NCBI RefSeq assembly: GCF_006345805.1 | Contig: NC_043001.1 | Span: 20,832,001 to 20,896,000 of the forward strand | From: Octopus sinensis | Lineage: Eukaryota | Reading direction: 5' to 3' | DNA length: 64,000 nt | Shown here: positions 37,774 to 50,077 of the stretch, piece by piece | Layout of the letters: every line of letters starts with the position of its first letter | How positions within the stretch are numbered: the stretch's first letter is position 1 | Notes under the pieces: generated by a model | Told to the model about the DNA's origin: nothing | Database searches by the model: none | The model's input: the letters and a program-made list of their open reading frames with translations, nothing else | Translations under genes and position numbers: made by a program

Positions 37774-38829
37774 TGTATGTAGAGGCAGCACCAGCCCCGG
37801 ATATATGAGCAGTATTCCTTTGAAAGTGTTGTTTGAACTTCCTAATCAGAACCAAAGTATTTCTTTGCTCCAAAGAGGAATCTTAGTCTTTGTAATACAG
37901 TTTTAGCAACGTTACATATGTGAGGTCACCCAGAGAGAAGATTTGTAGTGGCTTTGAGGGTTTAAGTTGTTGTTTTTAATTCCTGAAAATGGTGGGGGCC
38001 GATAGAATAAGTACTAGGCTTACAAAGAATAAGTCCTGGGGTCGATTTGCTTGACTAAAGGTGGTGCTCCAACATGGCCACAGTCAAATGACTGAAACAA
38101 GTAAAAGAGTAATAGAGAGAGAGAGATGTATTATTCATGTTGCAACAGACTTATGAAGAGGTTTGTCAGAGCCAAACTCAATGATGCCAGCATTTTAAAA
38201 CAGAAATAATAAACAGAAGCACTGATGTGTTCTTGTATACTTGTTACTCATGCTTTATGGCATTTGAATATAACTGTGAATATAATAGGCCAAACTACTC
38301 GTATTTTTGACCTCGTGTTAATATCTGGCATGCAGTTCGACAAATTATATTTTATGACGAACCTCACTGATGATCTGCAGATTAATTGTGTAAGCAAAAA
38401 TGGCATAATTTATTAACAGTGAAACAATTGTATGGGGTTAATCTACATTTTTGTTATTTTTTATTTGTCCTGCTCGCTTACGTTCATAGCGAGCTAAATT
38501 TTTCTTGAGAACAATTCTTAGTGGTTGAGACTCATGCAGATCTCTCTTTAGCGTAAGGGCATCCATATAGTGGATTCTCTCTCATATTTGTGTATACAAG
38601 CAAATATATATATGTAGAAGTTTGCATTTGCATACAACTTATGCACATAAGAAATCTGTACTAAAAGAAACTGATCTTTTAAAGCAGCGTGCTCATGACT
38701 AGTGCTGTGTGGGTGATTTTGACCTTCAGTTTAATAATAGCCACATCATGCCCATGTCAGTTACTGAGCTACATGTGCTACAGTGAATATATGCTTAATG
38801 CATTTGGCAATTTGTCACAAATTTTAAAA

Positions 38830-41130
38830 GATGGAGGATTTGGAAGAGCAACAATTTGTGTGAAATTTTGTTTCAAATTGGTAAAAAAAAAAATGAGTGG
38901 CTGTGTGGTAAGTAGCTTGCTTACGAACCACATGGTTCTGGGTTCAGTCCCATTGCGTGGCACCTTAGGCAAGGGTCTTCTACTATAGCCTCGGGCCGAC
39001 CAGAGCTTTGTGAGTGGATTTGGTAGACGGAAACTGAAAGAAGCCCGCCATATATCATCATCATCATCATCATCATCATCATCGTTTAACGACCGTTTTC
39101 TGCGCTAGCACGGGTTGGATGGTTCAACCGGGGTCTGGAAAGCCAGGGGCTGCACCAGGCTCCAGTCTGATCTGGCAGAGTTTCTACAGCTGGATGCTCT
39201 TCCTAACGCCAACCACTCCACGAGTGTAGTGGGTGCTTTTTATGTGCCACCTGCACAGGTGCCAGGGGGGTCGGGCATTGGCCACGATCAGTTGGTGCTT
39301 TTAACATGCCATATATATATATATGTATATATATATGTGTGTGTGTGTGTATGTATTTGTGTGTCTGTGTTTGTCCCCCAACATCGCTTGACAACTGATG
39401 CTGGTGTGTTTACATCCCCGGCAAAAGAGACCAATAGAATAAGTACTAGACTTACAAAGAATATGTCCTGGGATCGATTTGCTCGACTAAAGGTGGTGCT
39501 CCAGCATGTCCACAGTCAAATGACTGAAACAAGTAATAGAGTAATAGAGAGAGAGAGATGTATTATTCATGTTGCGACAGACTTATGAAGAGGTTTGTCA
39601 GAGCCAAACTCAATGTGACAAATGATGTCAGTATTTTAAAACAGAAATGACCTCTACTGAAGACAATCCCAAATCTTGATGACTTTCCACAAAAATGGAA
39701 GTTGATCAAATTGCAAAAGTATGTATCATGATCTGTGAAAGGAGTTGCTAGATTGTCTGTAGAGTTCCTAAAGGAGTGGGAATCTGTAATAGTTTGTGGC
39801 ATATGATTTTAAAGTGGCGGCGCATGGTTTAGTGGTTAAGGTGTTGAACTCATGATCGTAAGGTTGTGGTTTTGATTCCTGGACCGGGCGATGCGTCGTA
39901 TTCTTGAGCAAAACACTTCATTTCATGTTGCTCCAGTCCACTCAGCTGGCAAAAATGAGTAATTCTGTGATGGACCAGCGTCCCGTCCAGGTGGGAAATT
40001 TCTACGCCACTGAAACCGGGAAACCGGCCCTTATGAGTCTGGCATGGCTCGAGAAGGAACATTTTGTGGAGGCATGTGGCTTAGTGGTTAGGGTGTCAGC
40101 ACCATGATCGTAAGATTGTGGTTTCGATTCCTGGACCGGGCGACACGTTGTGTTCTTGAGCAAAGCACTTCGTTTCACATTGCTCCAGTCCACTCAGCTG
40201 GCAAAAATGAGTAACGCTGCGATGGACTGATATCCCATCCAGCTGGGGAACACATACGCCATTGAAACCAGGCCCATGAGCCTGGCTAGGCTTTAAAAGG
40301 GCTTGTGTTGCCTTACTAACACTTGTGCTGGTGGCATGTGAAATATTCAAGCGAGGTCGTCGCCAGTGCCACTGGACTAGCTCCTGTGCAGGTGGCACGT
40401 AAAAAGCACCATTTGGGCATGGCCATTGCCAGTACCACCAAACTGGCCCTCGTGCTGGTGGCACGTAAAAGTAACCACTACACTCTCGGAGTGGTTGGTG
40501 TTAGGAAAGGGCATCCAGCTGTAGAAATTCTGCCAGATCAGATTGGAGCCTGGTGCAGCCATCTGGTTTGCCAGTCCTCAGTCAAATCGTCCAACCCATG
40601 CTAGCATGGAAAGCAGACGTTAAATGATGATGATTTTAAAAGAAAAATTTAAGATGCATTGAGTTGCTGCAAAATTTGTGTTATGTCTATTGACAGATGA
40701 ATAAAAGGAGAACTGAGTGAGAGTCAGTCAGGAACCATTGGTTTATTCATCTACTGAAGCAAACTTTCTGAAAAGTGTTGTAAGAGGTGATGAAACAAAT
40801 GTATAGCAACAATGTTGAAACAAAGAGATCTTCATTGCAATATGTTGAATCATCATTGCCATGCCTGAAGAAGCACACCAAAATCATTCAAATGTGAAAA
40901 TGATATCGATAAATTTTTAATTAGACAGATGTTGCTTGTCATAAGTTTGTTCTGTGTGGCAGATAATCAATAAAGAGTTTTAGCTGGATGTCCAAAAGCA
41001 TTCAAGAGAGTTCTGAGGTATGGACAGAAAAAAACCTGAGTAGTTCTCCACAGTAACTTACCTGTTCATGCACGACTCTTTATGACACTTACTTTCCCAC
41101 CACCCATCTCACAAAATCTGTCCTCAAAGT
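38830..41130 (+). pseudogene. Highly degenerate irritans-like mariner transposase, fragmented by nested SINEs
   Basis: MEDLEEQ..ICVKFCFKL (38830); MLRQTYEE...YFKTEMTSTEDNPKS (39570); KFKMH*VAAKFV...FLKSVVRGDET (40640-40800). Confidence 0.7.
39814..40629 (+). mobile_element. Composite SINE A + SINE A + family D insertion
   Basis: Bounded by ATGATTTTAAA at 39803-39813 and 40630-40640. Confidence 0.7.
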
Positions 41131-41624
41131 TGAAATCACCCCCTCTCTCTCTTTCGGAGAGGCACTGAGCAGCTATATGCACACATACACACATGGCAGT
41201 AACTCCCGCCTACCGAATTCAATCACAAAGCTTCGGCTGGCTCGGGGCTATAGTGGAAGACACCTACCCAAAGTGCCACGCAGTGGGACTGAACCCGAAA
41301 CCATGTAGCTAGGAAGCAAGCTCTCTAACCACACAGCCATGCCCACCATTAAGGTTATTTGATATTATATAAATAATAATAAGAGATCATAGAAGATTTG
41401 CTGCAGGAATTGCACACTATGCCCAAAAACATGACTGAAGATGTATTCTGAAACTGGAAAAAATAATGCAAGTGGAAATTATTGTGTAGGAGACAGGTTT
41501 GACTAAATTCTAAATAAAGCAATAAATTTGCTTTATAGAAGTTCAATTTCATTTTTGAGCAGACTTCATACATGAACCATGTCAATGGGTGTAAATATGT
41601 GTATCTGTATAACAGAAGAAATGT

Positions 41625-42261
41625 GTAGACCCTTCCGAAGTTCCAAGTGTTATGCATACAAAATTTCCTGCAGCTGTCATCGTTTTAAGGGTTGTCAGCA
41701 ATGAAGGACATGTGATGCCTCCTTACTTTTTTCCACAAGACCTTAGAGTTAACTCTGCTGCCTACATTGAGGTCCTGGAAACAATTGTTGAGCCCTGGAT
41801 AGAAAGTGTATGCAATGGGAGGCTAGATGTGTATCAGTAAGAATCTGTACTATCACACATGGCTCTAGTAACACAGGAATGGATGGCTGAAAATTTTCAT
41901 GATCGCATAACCCCTAACATTTGGCCTCCAAATCTCAATCCATTGGACTATTACATGTGGAGCATTGTTGAGAGAGAGGTCAATGAACATGCCCATAACA
42001 CCAAAGATTCTTTGAATGGTATCATAGTCAGAGTAATGTCCAAAATGAACCAGGGACACTTGATTTGAGCATGTAGATGATTTAGATCTCATACAAGTAG
42101 TTTTTGAAGCTGAAGGTGGCTTTATTGAATAATACTGTAGGAAAGGAGGTCTATTTTTATCCTCATAGCATTTTTTGATAAACAAAGTTATTATCTGTTA
42201 TTATATATCTGTTTTTTTTTTTATAAGCATAAATCTGTCCTCAAATATCTTACACACCCTC
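41625..42261 (+). mobile_element. maT/DD37D-like transposon, 3' half
   Basis: MHTKFPAAVIVLRVVSNEGHVMPPYFFPQDLRVNSAAYIEVLETIVEPWI...TQEWMAENF...IWPPN-LNPLDYYMW; terminus CACACCCTC-TA. A small deletion prevents counting the D-D spacing. Confidence 0.75.
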
Positions 42262-42587
42262 TATATTCCAATATACGTACCTATACAAGTAGGTATGTAA
42301 TTGTATATATGCGTATAGTGGTTAAGCAGCTGCTATACAGTATGTAGTTCTCATGAAACATGAGAGGAGATTAGATAGCCAAGCTTATCCATTAAAAAAT
42401 TTAATATTTGTTATTTTGACAGTCAAATTCATTCAGAGGCCACTCAGCATAAATGATAACATGATCACTCTGTGTAAATTGGCTCCAATAATGAGATCAG
42501 GCATTTTTTCTCACTTAGCCCATACTTATATAAACATCTTATATATCAATATATACATTCATAATTACATAAATATATATATACACA

Positions 42588-42865
42588 TGTGGAGATGCAA
42601 TGGCCCAGTGGTTAGGGCAGCGGACTCGTGGTTTTAATTCCCAGACCGGGTGTTGTGAGTGTTTATTGAGCGAAAACACCTAAAGCTCCATGAGGCTCCG
42701 GCAGGGGGTGGTGGCGATCCCTGCTGTACTCTTTCGCCACAACTTTCCTTCACTCTTTCTTCTGCTGGTCTGCTCACTTAGCCAGCGGTGTGGCGTCATT
42801 TGAAGGCTAAAACAATGCGAAGCGCATTGTGACCAGCGATGTGTAGCAACATCTGATAGCTTGCA
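42588..42865 (+). mobile_element. tRNA-headed SINE A variant
   Basis: GTGGAGATGCAATGGCCCAGTGGTTAGGGCAGCGGACTCG; matches 8420-8735 and 44010-44267. Confidence 0.75.
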
Positions 42866-43006
42866 CGGGGATACATACACATAGACATACATACATACAG
42901 ACAGTCAGACAGAGAGATAGATAAACAACAATATCTTGAATATTTTATGGAGGTAGAACCCCTGGACACCTCATCACCACTTTTTATTTCCTTGGAGATA
43001 CATCTA

Positions 43007-43878
43007 TTAGGTTGTCTGGGAAATAATGGCCAAGTTTAAAAATAAGCCTATATTTTTGAAAAAGTGGACTTATAGAAAGGTTTAAATATTCAAAATAGGA
43101 TCCCTGAACAGCTATGCATTTCTCCCATCGATTATCAAGATCATTTATGCCTCTTCAATAAAAGTCCAAAGGTTTTGATGCCAAGAAATCCTTGAATTCA
43201 GTTTTGACTTTTGGTTTTGGAATGGAAGGTTTTTTACCCTATAAAAGTGTCTAGATGCTTGAAAAAATGGTAGCTGGTAGGTGGAAGATCAGGAGACTAT
43301 AAAAGATGTGGTAAAGACACATATATCAAATTTGCAGTCTGATCCTGGAGACATGCAGTCAAATGTTATTGTGGAGCAGTATTGGACCACGTTGATTAGC
43401 AAGTGTAGGTCGCATTTCATTCAAGTGAACATGAATTTCTTCCAGTTGCTTACAGTAAATTTCTGATGTAATACTCTGGTTAGGTTCCAGAAAGCTGTAC
43501 TGTTTTCAAATTATGATCATCATGAATGGATGCACATTCTCTATCTTCTTGATCTTCGAGGCTCTCATCCTCACTACAAAATCAAACCACCGTTTTACTG
43601 TCGAATCACTAGTGGACCCTTCACCCCCATGCCCTGTTGATATTGATGGCTGTTTGGGAAGCATTATGTCCAAACTTGAATTCATGCAAAAAAGTAAACA
43701 CATTTTTTTTCTTTTTTTCGTATTTGAAATCAAGGATTTCTGCACTTTAAAATTATATTCTGAAAGAAATAAAATTTAATTAAAGAGTTCTCATCAAAAA
43801 CATTACAAAAATAATATCTTAAATTGAATTTGAAAAAATGTTTTGGAAAAATTGGACAGTATTTTCTGAACAACCTAT
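43007..43878 (-). mobile_element. Internally deleted cecropia/Hsmar1-like mariner
   Basis: Imperfect TIRs TAGGTTGTCTGGGAAATAATGGCCAA / TTGGACAGTATTTTCTGAACAACCTA; GEGSTSDSTVKRWF; SITSEIYCKQL...GPILLHNN; SPDLPPTSYHFFKHLD...RWEKCIAVQGSYFE. Confidence 0.8.
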
Positions 43879-45371
43879 AAATTCATTCTCACTCTCTCTC
43901 CTAAATGTGAGCAGCCATGAATCTCTTTTATAGTTAAAAACCTGCTCTGCTGTGGCCCCTTCTCTCATTCTTTGATTTCAGTTGGTTAACACCAATATTT
44001 GTTGTTTGTTCCTTCCCTGGTTTCTTTGGTGTATAGGCTCCCCACCTAGATGGGACACTGGTCTGTCACAGGTGAGCTGTAAGAGGAAAGATTGAGAGAA
44101 AGTTGTGGTGAAAGAGTCAGCAGAAGTTTGCCATTACCTTCTGCTGGAGCCGTGTGGAGCTTAGGTGTTTCGCTCATAAACATACACATGGCCTGGTCTG
44201 AGATTCGAACCCGTGACCCCTCGACCGCGAGTCCGCTGCTCTAACCACTAGGCCATGTGCCTCCACAACACCAATATGGATATACCAATATATAAACTTA
44301 GGGATGTTATTCTAAACTCCTCTGCAAACCTTAATTTACAATGAAAAGAATCTGCTCTACCCCAACCTATCCCCCTCAATCCTTAACTCCCATCTAACAT
44401 ACAGTGACAATACCCTCCCTCCTTGGGTTCGTTGACCTGTGGGCTACATGGTGACCTCAGTAGTGCCTGTGGAATGAATATAAACACCCAGCACACACTA
44501 TAAAGTGGTCAGTGTTAGGAAAGGGCATCCAACCATAGAAACTCTGACAAAGGAGATACTGGAGCACAATGCAGTAGTCCTTGATTCATTGAGTCCTTCT
44601 CAAACCATCCAACCCATGCCAGCATGGAAGATGGACATTAAATAATGATGATGATGATTAAATGATTATGATGATATAAGTGCTAACACACAAAGCTCTT
44701 GAACCTTGAGTTACTCTGTTACTTCTGCTAAATACAAATAAAAAAAATATATATGTATATATACTTTTCTACTGTAGGTACAAGGCCCGAAATTTGGGGG
44801 GAGGGTGCTAGTAGATTAGATTGACTCCAGTATGCAACTGGTACTTAATTTATCAACCCCAAAAAGATGAAAGGCAACATCAACTTCATTGTTAATTAGA
44901 GGATGTGTAAACCTCATGAAGAGATGGTTTTATTCAAGGATATACTGGTTCAATACCTTGTATTTTGGGGGAAAGAATTTCTTTAAAATAATAGGTATAT
45001 ATAAAAACATATAGTTTATATTCATTTAAAAGAAGAAAAGAAAATGGAAATTAGAAAGTTAATAATTGTTTATTTACATAATGTTTATTGAGTATTAATT
45101 GAAATGGCTATAAGTGAAGATGAGCAATTAATTTTTTTTTTACTCTTTTACTTGTTTCAGTCATTTGACTATGGCCATGCTGGAGCACTGCCTTTAGATG
45201 AGCAAATTGACCCCAAGACTTATTCTTTGTAAGCCTAGTACTTATTCTATCGGTCTCTTTTGCCGAACCGCTAATTTACAGGGACGTAAACACACCAGCA
45301 TTGGTTGTCAAGCGATGTTGGGGGACAAACACACATACACAAACATATACACACACATACATACATATATA

Positions 45372-45432
<61 letters not shown>

Positions 45433-45608
45433 ATACATAAACATATATACGACGGGCCTCTTTTCAGTTTCCATCTACCAAATCCACTCACAAGTCTTTG
45501 GTCAGCCCAAGGCTATAGTAAAAGACACTTGCCCATGGAACTATGTGGTTTGTAAGCAAGCTACTTACCACACAGCCTCTCCTACGCCTATATATATATA
45601 TATATATA

Positions 45609-46349
45609 TATTGTGTCCCAAAAGTCACTGATGAGTTTCAATTTTTAATAACTTCCTTAATTTTACGAATAGATACATGAAGTTTTGTTACAATATAAAG
45701 GACAAAATGAAAATTAATATGCACAAGTCAAATTTTGCAACACCACTACATCACATATGAAAAATGACATCACTTAAATGGCAGCCATTTTCGGCTTCGT
45801 ATGCCCGAGCTCTTTCCAAAACTTACACCATAACACCCTCAAGAATTTCAGACCCTACTTCCCTGATTTCTCTATTGATGTTTTCCTTCAGTGACACCAA
45901 GGTCTCTGGTTTGTTGACATAAACCTTCTCTTTCAGGTATCCCCACAAGAAAAAATCCGGTCTAGTCATTCTGGTGAACGTGAAGGCCATTCAAAGTAGA
46001 CCTCACCCATGGTTCCAGCAAGATGGAGCAACTGCTCATACCGCAAGAGAAACAATGCAGTTGCTACGGCGGTGCTTTGGAGAGAGAATAATCTCCCGCT
46101 ACAGCAATGTCAACTGGCCTTCACATTCCCCAGACTTGACTAGCCTAGATTTGGAAAGAGCATGGGTGTGCAAAGCTGAAAATAGCTGCCATTTAAGCAA
46201 TATCATTTTTCATATGTGATGTAGTGGTGTTGCAAAATTTGACCTGTGCATATTAATTTCCATTACATTGTATCAAAATTTCATGCATTTATTTGTAAAA
46301 TTAAAGAAATTATTAATTGAAACCCATCAGTAACTTTTGGGACACCCTG
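45609..46349. mobile_element. Fold-back derivative of a DD41D (rosa/Visitor) transposon
   Basis: About 185-bp inverted arms ending GTGTCCCAAAAGT; plus strand WFQQDGATAHT...NWPSHSPDLTSLD; minus strand PDFFLWGYLKEKVYVNKPETL. Confidence 0.85.
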
Positions 46350-46357
46350 TGTATATA

Positions 46358-46790
46358 TCATCATCATCATCGTTTAACATCTGCTTTCAATGCTAGCATG
46401 AGTTGGATGATTTGACTGAGGACTGGTGAACCAGATGGCTGCACCAGGTTCCAATCTTGATCTGGCAGAGTTTCAACAGCTGGATGCCCTTCCTAATGCC
46501 AACCACTCTGAGAGTGTTGTGGGTGCTTTTTACGTGCCACCGGCACAGGGGCCAGTCAGGTGGTACTGGCAACAGCCACACTCAAATGGTGTTTTTTTAC
46601 ATGCCACCTGCACAGGAGCCAGTCCAGTGGCACTGACAACGACCTCACTCAAATGTTTTTACACATACCACCGGCACAAGTGCCAGTAAGGCGATGCTGG
46701 TAACGATCAAGCCAGTTAGCTGCTCTGGAAATGATCATGCTCGGAAGGTGCTCTTACTGTTCCACTAGTGCTACTGGTAATATGTAACCC
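46358..46790 (-). mobile_element. Family D copy
   Basis: Matches the family D consensus. Confidence 0.75.
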
Positions 46791-47543
46791 AGTACAACCT
46801 GTTGCATGTTTGGGCCACGAATGACTAAACCAACCCTACTAAGCCTGATTGGTAAGGAAGGTGGTTTTCATTGGACACCTTATAGGATGAAAAACAAAAC
46901 TTGTTCAAGGCTGAATGAATCCAGTCGAGCCAATGGCCATTCCACAATTGGGGATGAGAGACCCCTAGTCTTTATTTAGATGTCTCTCTAAGAGTAGAAA
47001 ATTCTAAAATAACACTCACTTCATTGCAAAGCTGGAGATCTTGCTCTCACTCAATTTTGGACCACTTGGCTTTGTAGGTTAGAGTCTTAGCAGTGTTGTG
47101 CAAGCTGTTATTGATTTTAAATTTCAGCACAAACCTTGTTGAGGAGCCATTTTCTTAAACATCTTGGATAAGATAAATTGTCAGTGATGGTCATACTTAC
47201 CTATGAGTTGACAGCAATCATATATGTATGTGTGAGTGTGTGTAAGTCTGGGTATGTTATCAAAACAGATATACATTGGTGAGAAAATTGCTGATAAACC
47301 AATGTGTTGAACAAAAATACTTTGCAGTGTTTATTTCATCTAAAATACACATGCATTCTCTTGTCCATGCTAACCTCAAAAAATGTATTGCACCAAAAAT
47401 TGGTCCATTGAGAATACATGTAACTAACAATGCTATTGCTTGCAAAAGGCATGATATGAAATAAAAACATAGAAGTTATATAACAAACTCTTTTCACTAC
47501 ACTTGAGCCAAGACAAATTTGCAACAATCAGAGAATTCTTTAA

Positions 47544-48157
47544 CCGTTTTGTTACCATATTTCTGTGGAAATGCTCTCAATTTCTTTCAATTAATCTATA
47601 TATATAAAAGTGAGGTTGTGTGGTGTCTGTCTCCTATGATTTAGATTCCTAACTACTCCCACATTTTGCGGTGCAGTTTAACCAAAAGCGGGCATCTTAT
47701 AGTCGTGATTCATATCGAGCCCTTCTGGGTATTAGCGTGTGTCTACGATGAGTCTACGATTAAAAAAAAATTTACCATCATTTTTTCCCATTTTTAATGC
47801 ATTTTTGGCATATATAAGGGAAGTAACTCTCTAAAAATGTATTATTAAATCTCAGAACATAAAAAGCTACAGTAACAGCCCCCTTTGTGGTTAGCCATAT
47901 TGAGATGGCTATTATACTTTACATCTCTAAAAATGCTTATATAGTTATTTCCCTTACAAACCCAAGCAACGCCGGGTGATACTGCTAGTTTTAAATATAA
48001 CAAAGAATTTAGTAAAATAACTTAGTTTTCATTAAGCTAGTGTTAGGAACATAAATTAACTAAGGTTTGGGGGAAAATTTTAATTCAGAACTTTTGAAAA
48101 CAAGACATTTGTACTACAAAACCAGAGGCAGTCTCAGGCAGATTGGTAGCAAAAGGG
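47544..48157. mobile_element. piggyBac-type MITE interrupted by a Helitron
   Basis: TTAA at both ends, TIR CC(G)TTTTGTTACCA / TGGTAGCAAAAGGG; uninterrupted copy at 52879-53098. Confidence 0.85.
47595..47988 (+). mobile_element. Non-autonomous Helitron (same family as 35883)
   Basis: A|TC...CTAG|T, hairpin CCCAAGCAACGCCGGG, about 100 bp of extra internal sequence. Confidence 0.85.
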
Positions 48158-48356
48158 TTAAACTATTGGAGATATGCCTGTCATGTCTACAGGAGATGTG
48201 GATTTGTGTTCCATTGGCAGCCTTTGACTTTTTCTATGCAAAAGGGATTTTTTTACCCAATTTATATTTGCTGCTATTTATAGCTTTGTTTGTGCTTTGA
48301 GATCCACTGTTCCAAAAATAAAGATAATAGTTTTGATGTAAGCCATTACATATTGG

Positions 48357-48778
48357 GGATCTTTTCGGTTTGAACGGCAGTTTTTTCTAGTGGTGTCATA
48401 TGAAATTGTCACCCATAATTATGACCCTGGTATCGATCTATTGCATTTCAATCTGTTTTAGGGTTAGGGGTAGGGGTAGGGGTAGGGGGAAGGGTATCTT
48501 TTTTTCTTCACAAATGTAAATAAACCCAATCTGTTTCTTAAACGAGGGACATATTCATACAGCACAGAATGTTTTCACCTCAATAGATGTCATTGATTGG
48601 CTGAAATTGCAGAAATTGAAGAAAATAACAACAAATATCTTACAAACTATAGAATTTTCTCAATAAAGCCAAGAGAAAACAATGTTTTATAAACACATTC
48701 TACCAGTATACGAAGTTTAAAAGTGTTTAGTTACGTGGAAATTATTTAAAAAAACTGCCATTCAAGCCGAAAAGATCC
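48357..48778. mobile_element. MITE with 8-bp TSD and GG termini (Merlin-like)
   Basis: TIR GGATCTTTTCGGTTTGAACGGCAGTTTTTT / AAAAAACTGCCATTCAAGCCGAAAAGATCC; perfect TSD CATATTGG (48349-48356, 48779-48786). Superfamily is inferred. Confidence 0.8.
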
Positions 48779-49424
48779 CATATTGGCTCTAGGAGGATAG
48801 GAGAAGTGTATTACATCGACCCCAGTCCTAAACTAGTACTTAATTTATCAACTCCAAAAGGATGAAAAGCAAAATGGACCTTGGAAGAATTTGAACTTAG
48901 AACACAAAGACAGATAAAACGCCACTAAGCATTTTGCCTAGCATGCTAACAACTCTGGCAACTCGCCAGCTTTAAGGCATTAAATATTAGTTGTCTGTCA
49001 TACTTCCATTCAAAAAGCATAAGTATCAGATTATGTGTTATCTCTTTATCAGTTATCTTCAAACTGGGGCACCAATTTTGACTTGAACCTAATTGTGTTG
49101 CAGAATAGCTAAGTATACTTCTTTGGGTTTAACTTAAGTTTCCAGCTGTACTAGCTTTACTTACAAATGGAATTGACTTCATGCTTAATCGTTTTTTTCT
49201 AGACATGGGCTTTATTTGAAATCCATTGTTATTGATTTGGAAGGAAGGTTTAATGAGGCAGTCTACATGTTGTTCCCACATGAAAAATGCTGTTTTTTCA
49301 TTGGCTCAGAGATTCGAGAATGCATGCAACGTTCAGAGCCAAATACTAGCATTTGACTAGAGCATATAAACCAGTTAATGCATCTCTTTCTGTTAGGCTG
49401 AGACATGTCAACAAAACCCCCAAT

Positions 49425-49474
<50 letters not shown>

Positions 49475-50077
49475 TCTCTCTCCCTCCCTCTCTCCCCCCT
49501 TCTCTCCCTTCCCTTCTCTCTCTCTTTCTCCCCTCCCCCTCCCCCTCTTTCCCTCCCTCACCACTACTCAAATCAGTTTTCTTGTCTCCAATTTTCAATC
49601 TCTTTCAGGAAAAAAAAGAAATCACTTGTGGTCAGACCTGAATGGGGATAGCCAAAGCTGGTGCAGATGTCCAAACATGCTACAATGTCAGGAGCTGAGG
49701 GCCCAAGACAAAGGAAGACATCATAGTACCAGTTGTACCACTTGACATAGAATCAATATATTAAAGTTGGTTTATCAGGCAGCCAGGCCATCCCAATGGT
49801 AGCCATTTGCACAGTGGCCTCTGTTATTGACTCTGTGAGTGACAGCACATATTTACACCAACCAGTATAAAAACCAGTTCAAAACCAGAGCAGATAAGGT
49901 TGTGTATATATTGACACATTACACGATCCAATTTAAAGCAAATACACAGCAAATGTAAATTTATGTCAACCAATGCCATGGGATTAAAAACATTGTTAAG
50001 TCAATGAGGAAACTTCTATATGGTTGCTCCCAATTAGAAATAACAGTGATATATTCCTTGTGGCATGCCCTACCCTG

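Noticed and set aside
47010-47205. Minus-strand donor-like sites GTAAGT and GTGAGT
   Set aside because: The candidate exon has stops in all three frames.
48458-48494. Interstitial telomere
   Set aside because: Only two TTAGGG units, and they lie inside a MITE.
49590-49845. Candidate exon after the acceptor-like TTTCAATCTCTTTCAG
   Set aside because: Two frames stop quickly, the third gives no recognisable protein, and no partner exons were found.
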